A stretch of 64,000 nt of DNA from positions 119,474,001 to 119,538,000 of the forward strand of contig NC_042997.1 in NCBI RefSeq assembly GCF_006345805.1. Direction: 5' to 3'. The stretch is from Octopus sinensis (taxonomy: Eukaryota). Shown here one piece after another: positions 27,277 to 40,215 of the stretch (positions are counted from its first letter, which is position 1; each line of letters opens with the position of its first letter). Both the position numbers and the translations under genes were made by a program. A model generated the notes under the pieces. It was not told the origin of the DNA and ran no database searches. It saw only the letters and a list, made by a program, of their open reading frames with translations.

Positions 27277-27503
27277 ATGTGTGTGTGTGTGTGTGTATGT
27301 TTGTGTGTCTGTGTTTGTCTCTCCAACATCGCTTGACAACCGATTTTGGTGTGTTAACGTCACCGTAAATTAGCAGTTCGGCAAAAGGGACCGATAGTAT
27401 AAGTACTAAGTTTAGAATGAATAAGTCCTGGGGTCGATTTCCTCGACTAAAGTTGGTGCTCCAGGAGGACTGAAACAAGTAAAAGAATAAAAGAATAAAA
27501 GAG
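27091..27503 (+). mobile_element. SINE family B (slightly 5'-truncated)
   Basis: gtagcttccttacgaaccacatgg...tgcgtggcaccttggg...(TA)n(TG)n...cttgacaaccg...gactgaaacaagtaaaagaataaaagaa. Confidence 0.92.
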
Positions 27504-27552
27504 TCACTGTTTCATTGCAGGTTGAATATTACCATTATTAACACTAGTAATA

Positions 27553-27730
27553 AGGTGGTAGGACGTTATTTCGTCCGTCTTTAGGTTCTGAGTTCTAATT
27601 CCACCGAGGTCGACTGTGTCTTTCGTCATTTCTGTGGTTATGAAATTAAGTACCAGTTAAGTACTGGGGTCAATGTACTCGACTAATCCTTCACCCTAAA
27701 ATTTCAGGACTTCTGCCTCAAGAAAGAATT
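27553..27730 (+). mobile_element. degenerate SINE A-related copy
   Basis: ttctgagttctaattccaccgaggtcgac...aattaagtaccagttaagtactggggtc. Confidence 0.7.
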
Positions 27731-30700
27731 GGTAATAGCAATCTTAAAAATAATAATTATTACACATATTTTCTATGCAGATGATGTGTGGAAAATATGT
27801 TTCTCAACGAAATATTTCTCGCTATCTTCATTTCACCCCAGAAGAGGCGTACCCACTTCAACTGTTCTATCAGCACCATTGATCCACTGCTTATTAAACA
27901 GTCTGGAAATGAAGTAGCTTCTTGCTTCCTGGTAGATGAATTCATTCGCATATTTTTGATCTTGGGCACCCCTCCCCCCATTTTTAATCAATATCTATTT
28001 ATGTATTACACGTTGCAAATCAGAAGAACTTAAATATATTTAAATATTATAAATCCAAACGCTTATGTTATTCTTGTGGGTGAGAGATAATGAAACAACG
28101 GTGGTAATTCAAATCATTTTCTAGATTATAAGGGACTACTTATGCTATTGTTTGGAGAAATTATCATTGTACGTTTTCTCGGGGCAGCGGGTAATCAGCT
28201 AGTAGAATCCGTTTCAATTCTTTTCCGCATATCTATAATATAGAAATAAAATGTATATATGAAACGTTATATTATTTCAATTTATTTATAAAGTTCTTCT
28301 CTTCCCTCTCTTATGCATGTATAGATGTTGACTCTGTGAAGAGCAAGGTTTAATGATCGTTGCTACATTAACCTTGGTCGAAGAGCAACATATCCAGTGT
28401 TAGAACACACACAGAATCGCCGTTATTATGTTCTGTGTTTTTGTTCTTTATTCCCTTCGATAGGTAAACCATTAAAATTATGATTTAAATTTACATCGAG
28501 AAGCTGAAACCTACACTTAAATGGACTTACATATTATAAAGGACTTATGCTATTGTTTCGAGAAGATGTTCTTATACGCTTTCTGAAACGGGAAATTCTA
28601 GCATAATATCTGTTTTTCGAACATGCGTCTTTACATTTCTTCAATGGTGTTTGGACATAATTATCTCACAAGCTTGGATAAATCGTCAAAGCATCCATTT
28701 GGCGACTTATAAATGTACCCCGACCTATAAATGATTTCCAGCTTCATACAAATTACTTTTGTTTTATGAATATAAAAACAAACAAAGAGCAAAAAAAGAA
28801 ACTTGAAGGGAAGTTTATATTTGGTATTATTTTAACTTTTGCTAAAAATGCATCTTGTATTTAATTTTTTTCCTCGCGGTGTAGCTTTACTGGAGCATGA
28901 ACTATGATCCTGATGGGTATTCTTATACCAGGAGGTATTTGTTTTTATAACAGTTTGCTTCCGGTGTTATTTCGTAAGCGTATAGGAACGTACAATGTTT
29001 TACGCGGTATTATATGTCTGTCAATGTTAGCTGTTGTATTGTCTCTTCAGTCGAATGAAAATTCGGAGGATATTTTCATTAAGGTGCTGTTAGTTTCTGA
29101 GCAACATTCGTTAACTTAGTGCAATATCAAATCTTTCCTTTTCATAAATCAGAAGTCAGCTGTTGCCTAGAAGAATAAACATTTATACGCATGTATGTAT
29201 CTTATCTAATCGCATGCACACGTATACTGACTTGAGTAAATGTATAGCTATTTACTCGTATTTTATTGACCGGATCCTGTAATATTCCCGCTCAGACAAC
29301 TGATAATTCCAGCTTCTGTAGCATATTTCTTCTTTCTTATATTATTCGGGGAATTTTTATTTTCTACTTTGCTCGACACCAATAATTTGTTCACTTCATA
29401 TTTCAAAGCTACAGCATTGTTATTTGAAGAGATCGTAAACACGATAACTTCCAGTTTGAAAGTGGCCTCATATTTCATTTCTTCTATTGGTGAGTGGCTG
29501 GGAATAAACACTGGTTGAAATGGTTGAGTGTGCGGTAAATAGAGTTTCCTTAGGTAATTTCTAGAAGGTATTATCACGTTTTATCATATAATAAATGTAT
29601 ATTACATCCTCAGTTTGAACAATGTTACGAAAGACACAATAACCATTGAGTAATGTCCATTTAGATATTTTATAGACGGCATACAACGGTGTTTTACAGT
29701 ACATGTATACATAAGTATATGTGTTCATGGGTACGCATGTGTGCGTATGTTTGTATGCGTGTTTGTTTGTGTGTGTATGTGTGTGTATGTATTATTGCTA
29801 AAGAAAGTCATAATCTATTTGAATCAATCCTGAATACAGCCATTGAATGTTTAATATCGTGGCGTACAGAAAGCATAGCTCTATCAGAAAGTAAAAATGG
29901 ACCTATGTATCTTACGATCAAATTCTAAATTGGAACTACGTATCTTAAAAAAAAAAATTATAATTACAATTTACGATTTAATCTTAAGATTCTTCTGACT
30001 CAATATAGTTGATATACAAACGTACACATATATTTTAAGAGAATATTTGTAAATTCTTAAATATCAAAATGTTCTTCACTACAGAAATTACCATTTTGTC
30101 AACCAGAATTTAAAATATGACTTATAATCTGATGTTCTATATCAATATTAATCTAACCGAGGTGTTGCATAATGGGAATGAACGTTGCATTGCGAGTATC
30201 AGAAAGAATCTCACTAGAATATTTGAAGAAGTTAATCTAAAGATTACTGTTAATATCAACCGCACTAGGTTATTATTTGTACAAAACTATGAACTTCAAT
30301 ACAGTAAATACTGTTCATTACATCCCCAGATAGAAATATTCCTGTCGGCTTTATTGTTGAATTTCATTTGTATTTAATATTGTACATAGAAAATTCTCAT
30401 CAGATGGAAACGTTTAATACGAGAGAAATAACAAAATCATTTTGACAGCTAATTGTGCATACAACTTTTAGGTGTTAAGAACATATTCTTTCTAACACTT
30501 TGGTCACTAGCATGTACACGCACGCGTGCACACACACATACATACATAGGAATCTCTTGTACGACTAGGTGAAATGGTATTGCCAATTCTGTCTCTAGAT
30601 AAGGAAAGCCAGCCTTACGATAACATGCGACTGTTCATTAATTACATATACATGATATTTTGCTCATTTCATTTGATAAATGTGAACATTACGATTATTA

Positions 30701-30811
30701 CATTTCTGCGAGCTTACAGAAACAGCTGTCCAGTTTAACAGTTATATATTTTCTCCGTAGCATTTCTTTATTCTTATGTTCTATGTAAATTCATATATAT
30801 ATAAATAAATA

Positions 30812-30884
<73 letters not shown>

Positions 30885-30886
<2 letters not shown>

Positions 30887-31080
30887 AGAATTCTCAATTC
30901 TCAAAAAAGAAGAGTCGAAGTCAGGTGGTGTACAAAACAAACAGAGGAATTAGTATAACGCTCGGGAAGTGAAAACGTTTTCAACGTTTCGAGTCTACGC
31001 TCTTCCATAGAAGGGAACACAGAAAGAAACAAGTAGACAAAAATAAAGAATATGCAGTGGCTAGCGATTTATCATGGCGA
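30885..31080 (-). mobile_element. family H pLTR-like repeat (degenerate hammerhead) between (TA)n tracts
   Basis: aggtggtgtacaaaacaaacag...cgtttcgagtctacgctcttcc...ggctagcgatttatcatggcga, matching 10666-10851. Confidence 0.75.
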
Positions 31081-31109
31081 ATAATATATATATATATATA
31101 TATATATAT

Positions 31110-31256
31110 CCCCCAAAACAAGGAGAAACACAAAATAACAACGACGTGAGGGTGTGGTACATGTAAAGTTATAGTAGACGCTCAGGCGAGGAAAGACAGA
31201 TGATTTAACATTTCTTCAGAAACAGAGGAAAGTCTAATAGAAAAGGAAGATGGAGA
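31110..31256 (-). mobile_element. internally deleted copy of the 53065-53275 pLTR-like family
   Basis: caaaacaaggagaaacacaaaataacaacgacgtgaggg...gacgctcagg is the reverse complement of the 53.2-kb element; the hammerhead stem II region is deleted. Confidence 0.55.
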
Positions 31257-31309
31257 GTGATCTAGCATGGCCGAAATAACATGACTAAGATAAGTAAGAG
31301 AATAAAAGA

Positions 31310-31311
<2 letters not shown>

Positions 31312-31390
<79 letters not shown>

Positions 31391-31567
31391 CGTATACATA
31401 CATATATACGGCTTCTTTCCGTTTCTCTCTACCAAATCCACTCACAAGGCTTTGGTGGTCCCGAGACTATAGAACAAGACACGTGCCCAAGGTGCCACGC
31501 AGTGGGACTGAACTCGGAACCATGTGGTTCGTAAGCAAGTACTTATCACACAGCCAATCCTGTGCCC
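31312..31567 (-). mobile_element. SINE family B, 5' half plus internal microsatellite
   Basis: ctaccaaatccactcacaaggctttgg...cccaaggtgccacgcagtgggactgaactcggaaccatgtgg. Confidence 0.88.
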
Positions 31568-31590
31568 ACACACACACACACATATATATA

Positions 31591-32091
31591 GGCGTAGGAG
31601 TGGCTATAAGCGTAGGTATGGCTGTGTGGTAAGTAGCTTACTTACGAACCACATGGTTCCGGGTTCAGTCCCTCTGCGTGTGTGTATCTGGGTGAGGGGG
31701 CGCAGGAGTGGCTGCCTGGTAAGTAGGTTGCTTACGAACCACATGGTTTCGGGTTCAGTCCCACTGCGTGGCACCTTGGATACGTGTCTTCCTCGGGCTG
31801 ACCAAAGACTTGCGAGTGAATTTGGTAGACAGAAACTGAAAAAGCCCGTCGTATATGTGTATATATACATATATATGTATGTGTGTGTATATGTTTGTGC
31901 GTGTGTGTTTGTCCCCCCAACATCTCTTGACAACCGATGATGGTGTTTTTACCACCCCGTAACTTAGCTGTTCGGTAAAAGAGGCCGATAGAATAAGTAC
32001 TGGGCTTACAAAGTCCTGGGGTCGATTTGCTCGACTAAAGGCGGTGCTCCAGCAAGGCCACAGTCAAATGACTGAAATAAGTAAAAGAGTA
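31591..32091 (+). mobile_element. SINE family B with triplicated 5' head
   Basis: The head ggcg(t/c)aggagtggct restarts at 31591, ~31609 and 31699, followed by one complete body and tail. Confidence 0.9.
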
Positions 32092-33206
32092 TATATATAT
32101 ATGAATATACAATATAAATGTACTCATATGGAAAATGTACATGTATACATCTGATGGAGAGATCATATAAACAACAGAGGGTTGTATACTAACGTCTGAC
32201 ACCGCTGTAAGATGTCACTTGGCAGAGAATATTATACCATTGATACAGAGTTGGGAGCAACCAACTTTTTAGCTTTTATTTTGGTTACTAACCAGAATAA
32301 GTGGCACAGATGAGTGGGAATAAATATCTTTCCAAAAATACCAGAGATGATACTGGTATAAAAGGATTCTGGAATCAAATACTCGATGCCTGATGCAGAT
32401 AGTTGGCGGTAATGAGTGTAAGATGTTTCATACATGTATACGTGTTTGTGTGAGAATGCGTTTGTGCATATGTGCCTGCTTATGTGTATATGATTATGCA
32501 TACGTGTGTTTGAGTATTTATACATACTTCGCGTAGTCAGATTACACAATCTTGAAAACCTACTTTAAAAATCACAGATCACCTCAAAATCACGTTATAA
32601 ATTTAAGCACAATTATTAAATAAGATATAGAAATACTTTTGTATTAAATTAGCATATTTTAGAAAATAAAGTGGTGTTTATTTTACATTGCATGCTTTGA
32701 AATGAATAAAATTTTATGCTTTGAGTGTCATACATCTAACAGTGACTCTGTGTGGTCAGTAATTTCAGATTCATTAATGATTTCTCTTAAATTAGATCAT
32801 TAAAACATATTAATGATGTATTCTCCACGTCGACGTTCGTTTCTACGTTAACAGCGCTCGGGTTCAAAATATGATCAAACGCATTTCAGCCGCAACTATC
32901 TCGCCTTTATAGAAGTATGGAGGAATAGTTTAACTAATTGTACAGTTTCTATTTCCAACTTAGAACGAATGAATATACGATATATGACTAATTGCAATGG
33001 TATTGCGAGAGGCCATGCAGACGGAACGCATGTATGTAAACAGGTGACAATTCGGTGCACGCATTGACAAGGCTTAATTAAGTCGAAATGCCTCTCACTG
33101 CAGAGACGATGTTCTTTGCACTCCAACCAATATATATTTAGTATCTAATACAAGATCATTGTCAATCATTTTATCTCTCCCTCCCCCGATCTCTCCCTTA
33201 CACATA

Positions 33207-33278
<72 letters not shown>

Positions 33279-33279
33279 A

Positions 33280-33440
33280 CACTCTTGCTTTCAAAAACTG
33301 TCCGACGAACGGGAACGTGAAACTCAGAGTAACAGGTTTTGTTGAATTTTCTACTGCTTTAAATAAAGCATACACTCTACCACTGGTATTTGAGTACTCT
33401 ATTTTACACCTTGTTTCACATTTATGTGTTTACTCCGGTA
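33280..33440 (+). mobile_element. 160-bp Penelope-pLTR-like element between (TA)n tracts
   Basis: Hammerhead motif followed by AATAAA (~33362), bounded by (TA)n on both sides. Confidence 0.75.
33293..33340 (+). ncRNA. minimal type I hammerhead ribozyme motif (U4C core variant)
   Basis: aaaaactgt-CCGACGA-acg ggaa cgt-GAAA-ctc a gag-TA-acaggtttt; all three stems pair. Confidence 0.75.
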
Positions 33441-33460
33441 TATATATATATATATATATA

Positions 33461-33510
<50 letters not shown>

Positions 33511-33523
33511 ATATATATGTATA

Positions 33524-33692
33524 ATCAAAATAATCAACAAGGATATCCAAAGGTATCCTAAACTACCTTTGGATATCCTTGTTGCTTATTTTGATAATTA
33601 CCACATTTGATTTATATGGATAATATCACACCAAATTATGGTGCCTTTAACTTAAGTACCATATTCATCTGAATCTAAAATTTTGCTGAACC
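33524..33692. mobile_element. short element starting with a 32-bp hairpin, inside (TA)n
   Basis: 33524-33555 pairs with 33564-33595 (one mismatch, 8-nt loop). Confidence 0.65.
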
Positions 33693-33755
33693 TATATATA
33701 TATACACTCTCTCTCTCTCGCTCTCTCTGCTTATCTATCTATCTATCTATCTATC

Positions 33756-33831
<76 letters not shown>

Positions 33832-33842
33832 CTCTCTCTCTA

Positions 33843-33885
<43 letters not shown>
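33693..33885. repeat. (TC)n/(TATC)n/(TA)n compound microsatellite
   Basis: Directly visible. Confidence 0.95.
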
Positions 33886-33890
<5 letters not shown>

Positions 33891-36456
33891 GATCATCATA
33901 AGAAAATGCTTCCTGACACATAATATATTTTACTAATCACTACATTCAAATCCATTGTCATTTCTGATTTGGAAACTATTGGCAATATTAAACAAATACC
34001 TCTGTTTAATATATGGTCATTGTCACTCTATATGTTAATATACGTGCGTTGAAAGACATATAGAGTGAATGATAAATATAAGATTATGTGTCATTTTCTA
34101 AGTTAGAAAACGAAGAAGAGCAATAAATAGGCAGTATAAATCTTACTGCGCGTAACTTCTACATAACTATGATTACGTGTAATATTCATCACTGGGATAA
34201 GGCAAGAGTTGACTGTTTAAGAATTTCTTAAGCGAAAATTTCTTGCTTGCTTTGGAAGCAATTCTCCATCCTTCCATGGTTAATATACACACACTGTTAA
34301 GGATGTAAAAATTATCCATTTTGTTCTTCAACGCTAATCAAAAGAGACTCGTATATTTGATGTCCTAATAGACTGAGATCTTAAGACATCAGAGTGTACC
34401 AATTAATGCCTTAAAGCAATTCATTTTTCCCGATAGATTATGATTTTAAATCTACGCGTGCTAATTTGTCTTCTTTTCATAGAAAGATTGAGATAGGGCG
34501 ATTCTATTGACTGTAAAACTTTCCTTTTGATGTGCTGAAAAATAATTAATCAATATATTTGATTTTATGGTACTGATCATACAAAACCTATCATTAGTGA
34601 TCATTGAATTTCATTTGGCATCAGATACATCAAGTTCTAGATCAGTTTACTCCAAGCACAATCATATCAAAACTAATTAAGAAACAACTATTAATACAAA
34701 TATACTGCGTATCTTATTTCTAGCTCTGAAACCAATCTCTTATACTCTATATGTAACATACTTTTTATTTACCCTTGATACTATATACATTAACGTCTTT
34801 TGCAAATGAGGTATCCACTCTTAAACGCTGCCAATTTACCAAGTCATTTCTCACATTCCGAAATCAGCTGCAACAGCGACAATAGCAACAACAACTACAC
34901 TAACAACAACAACAACAACAACAACAACAATACAATGTAATCGGAGTGGGTATCAATGGAACACACAGAATATTTCAATCAAATTTTATCTGCGGTAAAG
35001 TAAATACAAAAATATAAAAGTAGACTCCTATGTGATCTTTCGACTCGGTAGATATACCAAACAAATCTGTTTGAAAGTATAATTTAGCTCTAGATATAGG
35101 TGCGGAAGTAAAGACGGGATGGTCATAGCTGAATTTCCTTTAATCATATTTCAGGCCACTTAACGCAGATTTGGTGCTATGAATTCACAATCTATACACT
35201 GATTTAGTTAAAAATTCACTTTAATATATAACTGCAAATTCAAAATAAAAATATTGAAACTACAAGTTATTTATCAACAACATCATTCACTCAATTGGCA
35301 TTTATCTTTGCTAATGGACATTATGAACAAAACAAACAATTGATCTCGTGAAAAACACAAGAACACTTAAGTGCTCGCCCAATTCTACTAGAAACAAAGG
35401 CTAGTCACACAGATTACATCATATAACCTTGCGTAAGTTTAGCCTTTTAGATTCTATTGCGAGTGTCCAATGTTAAATTTGAGACCTGAAGATAACTTTC
35501 TACTTTTCTCTCAATGGTGGACAATCTGAAAAATGTCATGGCCTCTGCAGTTGCTGTAACCTTAGGTCATGTAACAAATCAATGTATAAATTAGCATAGA
35601 AGTTGGTGAACGGTTTCACGATAAATGTTTCATTCTACTTTCATTTTCTTTTCAGGATGAATAGAATCATTGGGTCGCGTATTTTCTTCCAATTTCTTTC
35701 TATGAGTGTCGGTATTGACGTTTAGCCTTGGCCTGTTTGTAGGCACTCACAGACTGTGAAGGAAAACATGCTACGCAATATATTGCCTCATTCTCCGTAA
35801 TTGGAAAACATTTGAACATTGGTTTGTTCAGTCAGGCTATTCTTGAGGTTACAGAAAAACAACAACAACTATTCGTTATTTCATGCACGAACGGGTCACA
35901 GTAATAAGGACGAGTAACCTTTTAATGACTTTTAAATGTTTTACACGTTTAATGTCATCTTATGTGAAACAGTAAACGAAATCTCCTATATTGCCGACCT
36001 ATCAGGAACTCCGGCCATTTTCTTACTTCCAAAACATAAAATTAAATCGAATAAAATATTCCTATGTGTCTATGAAAATATTAATAATTATTGTTCGGAG
36101 TTGTTCAAATCTTGATGTACTGATTTTTCTCTTTCGACATTTTGGAATCATTTCTCATAATACACTTTGATTTTTTTTGTGAACGATGGAATTGACTATG
36201 GCATGCGGTCTTATACACAGTTTTGAAATCAGTATTTGCGTATAAAATATTGGTGGTGGGTTGCTGGTACCAGTAGAATATCGGCGAAATGTCGTGTTAT
36301 ATATTATAATTGTACCTCTTTATCTTCTCAATCTGAATCTTTCATAGAGAGACTGTGCCTTTTCACGCCAGTAAACTATTAGAGTTGTCGAGATTTGTTT
36401 CTCTCCATTAAACTTATCCACACTGACGTATGCTGGAGATGACCGTTCTAACCGTA

Positions 36457-38446
36457 TCATCATCTCATGCTCCAAATAATTTGGACCCCCATTTCGATTG
36501 CTAATTAGTTTTATGATTTTTATCTTTCTTTCAGAACTTCTACAGAGATGTATGGAGATATGTATCATCTCGAAAATGTCATTATCTTACATTCATTTCC
36601 TAACCAAGGGCGTTTGTAATGTATCATGGAAAAATCTATTTAAAATCACGCATTGGATACCTCAGGAAATTTCTTTATCTTCTGACAAGTAAACTGACCA
36701 GCGTAACTCTCATTCTCTTTCAGCTACAGATAAATAACATATCGACATATTACGCATCTCCTTCAGCTCGGCAAATGAATTAATTTTACTTCTTCATCTG
36801 ATACGGGCTAATTCTTCTTTAGGGAGTTTATCAAGAGGGACTTAGGATTTTCAGATGTAACCCTATCTTATTCTTTATAATATCTGCACCTACCATTACG
36901 GAATCAAACCAAAACCAAAACCAAAGTATGAGAAGAGATTATTTTACCTAAATGTTTGCTTCTGTCTAGACGACTTTAGTACATTAGTAATTTAATTATT
37001 TTATTTTCATGTTTTCAGTATAAAAAAGTAAATAACTGGGGGACAAAAACAACTTAATATAATTATTTGTTTATTTACTGTTGTATTTATTGTTTCTACA
37101 GAGAGTACATCTATTATAGCAAACAAAACAAATATAGATATTTACAGTCTATATTGCTGAACGATCTATGCGTGACTATATATGAATGTGCTTGCGTGTC
37201 ATTATGTGTGAGTGTATCTCTACGCTTATATAGGTATATGCGTGTGTATGTATGCCTGTATATGTACAAACGTAGATACGAGCAAAGGTGTGTGTGTGTA
37301 ACTCAAAACCTTGCGTCTTATTTATACCTTGTGATTTATGTGCGTGTCAGGGAACTGTGAAACCATCTTATGTTTTCTTATTTTACTAAATATAGCGAGA
37401 CCAGAAGGTAATGTCTCCGTAGATAAGCATTGCAAGTTCATTACTTTTTAAAGATTTCATTATTTTCTGTTTACAAACATACGAACATACACATATGGAC
37501 ACTTATGTTCTTGTGTTTGTATAAAAGAGTGTATGTGTGTGTATACATACATAGATACATAAATACAAACATTCACAGTGAAAGTGTTAGTGTGCGTTGA
37601 AGAGAATATGTCTGATGTAGAAATGCTTCAAATGCCTTAAAGTGTTCATTTATTTACTCTTTCATACTCTTATCAATTGCTTGTCTCCCATCCGTCTTGG
37701 ATAAAGAGAATAATATTTCTAAATCAATGTTGCCCTTGGTTTTTTCCATTTTCCGCCACAATTTCGTTCAATATACTTATGATTAAAACGTTGCTGTCTT
37801 CGATTTTCATTTTTAATTTCATTCAAAAATTCGTATAATTATTCAAAGTCTAACCATCACATTTATGGATGTACGTTGTAAATGCTGTTTTCCTTGCAGT
37901 GTGTGAGTATCTATGTTTACGACGAAATCTACCCTGACACGATCGAAAATATGTGGTTAAAGCTTAACAGCTAAATAGCACTATAAATTCTATGTGATTT
38001 TGAAGTCATTTAATTTCCGACTAGTAGCTAACCTTCAAGTCAAAATATTGCCTCTAGTACATTGTTACTGGATTTTTTTTAAAACGTATTACTTTATATT
38101 CGTCGATATTTTCATTTGAATTGACGATTTAAATTGTTGTCTGCGTTGTAACTATTCTATTTTCATTGATGTTTTGTCAATGTATTCAACGCTATTTTTG
38201 CTTTTGTTTTACATCACTAGTAGACACTTTGTATCCTTTTTACCTGTGCTCCAGTCTTTCCTTTTCTTCGTACTGTTGTAAGCAAGTTTTCCCACTACAC
38301 TAATATTTCTTTGTAAAATCATTATCTCATGATCCAAATAATTTAGACTCCCATTTCGATTGCTGATTAGATTTATGATTTTTAACTTTCTTTCAGACTT
38401 CTATAGAGATGTATAGAGATATGTATCATCTCGAAAATGTCATTAT
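36457..38446. repeat. pair of ~125-bp direct repeats (about 36457-36585 and 38319-38446)
   Basis: tctcatg.tccaaataattt.gac.cccatttcgattgct...gagatatgtatcatctcgaaaatgtcattat occurs twice with few differences. Confidence 0.85.
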
Positions 38447-39399
38447 GTTGACTTTGAAATATGGTTTTAAATTTCACCGCAAGTTTACCTTACTCTGAGG
38501 TAGCATACAGCAATGCACTGTAATTGAGTCTTTGCCACATACCCTGTCGTCGGTTGACGGGTAAATTATTTTCTATTTTAACGCCGCCATGCCTGCGCAT
38601 GATTATCTCCTTCCCTAATCGTCTATATAAACGTTGAAGTAATATAAAGGAAAAAAAAACATGGTTTATAAAAACCGTTTTAGTTTTCCTGATGTTTATT
38701 TCACAGCTTCCTCTTTATTTAGTATCCTTTATTATTTCATTTCCTGACTTTATGATAAATATTTGATTGCTGGCAGATAAACTCACTAATCTATTCTCTT
38801 TCAGCGAAGTAGTATCTAAATTTTACTGTAGTGTTTTCTGGCGTTTCACTCGGATATCTTTGCTATTATCTGTTTTGTCGTCTTTTATCTATAATATTTT
38901 TTTAGTGAACTACTCGTTTGTAACTTTTGTTCTTGACATATAAATAAACGTTTGTGGCTTCTTTCTCTCTGATGATTTTAATGTATTTGTGGTTAATATT
39001 TTTCAAGAACCAATTTGCTTACTTGAAAGTCGTTTACCAATTTCATTTAATTACTTTCTCTACAGTCTCAATTAGTCTAAACACGTATATATTCTATTAG
39101 CATTGGAGTATAGCACAAAAATTAACATTGTGTTGTATTCATATTTTCTCATTACTGATATTTATTTCTAATTTCATTATGTTTCATTCCTGCAGTACAT
39201 ATTATAGAACTGAAAGTATGTTTCAATCATATGCCTAATTCTAGCAATAGCATTTTCTGAACCAAATCTATGATGAATATATACGGTTTGGATTCATCGC
39301 ATTTTCTTACCATACAGACGGTCTGACACAGGAAAGTCATGTGCAAAGAATTTTTAACAAACTTTATGCAGGCGTGTATCATTCCAAATTTATATTAAA

Positions 39400-39803
39400 C
39401 TAGCAGTATCGACCGGCGTTGCTCGGGTTTCTTTCGACCCTTTAGAATTGGAAGTTTTGAAAAGAAAAAGTTTGCATTATGTAGCTTGTTATTCTCTTTA
39501 AGTGAACATTTTCGTGGTTGAAATACACCGAAAAATGGTGACACAGCAGTCAGAAAATCGTAAAAAAAAAAATAGGGATTTTCATAGAAAAAAAGCACCT
39601 TTTCGATGTAAATAATTTTTGGTGTTAACATGGCCCGATTTGAATTTTTTCTTCTACGGAAGGAAGATCAAGCCTTCGTCTATCATGCTCTCAATGTTGG
39701 TCAACTTGCGCTGCAGGGTCTCGGAGGAGATAATGTTAGTTGAGGGCTACCAAACCTGCCATACACAGACAGATTCAGCTTTATATATATATATATATAT
39801 AGA
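39400..39803 (-). mobile_element. non-autonomous Helitron
   Basis: Minus strand begins A|TCtatatatata...aaagctg and ends with a GC-rich subterminal hairpin-like segment cccgagcaacgccggtcga followed by ctgCTAG|T. This gives a 5' TC, a 3' CTAG, an A^T insertion site and no TSD. Confidence 0.85.
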
Positions 39804-39874
39804 TTATTTCTATATTATATTTTGCTAGCGCATATTTAGTAAGAGGTTTGATTTATCGTTTATCTGTGACTTCC

Positions 39875-40215
39875 GTCAGTCACTGGACGGCAGCCATGCA
39901 GCGACATCCCCTAGAAAATGTTGTGAAACAAATTGAACACGTAGTTATTTTCTTTCTTTCCATGGCACTTACGTTATCTGTCTATTTTCTCTGAACCACT
40001 AAATTACAGGGACGTAAAAAGTGGTTGTCAAACGGTGGTCTATGACAAAGATACATTCACTAATGGATTTATAGATGTATACGACGGACTCCTTTTGGTT
40101 TCCGCCTACCAAATCTACTCACAAGTCTTTGGTCAGCCCGGAGCTATAACAGACGACATTCAGTGCAACTGAACTCGGAACCACGTGGTTGGAATGAAAC
40201 TTACGACACAGCTAC
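39875..40215 (-). mobile_element. degenerate SINE family B
   Basis: ggttgtcaa...tacgacggactcc...ctaccaaatctactcacaagtctttggtcagcccg...actgaactcggaaccacgtggttgg. Confidence 0.8.
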
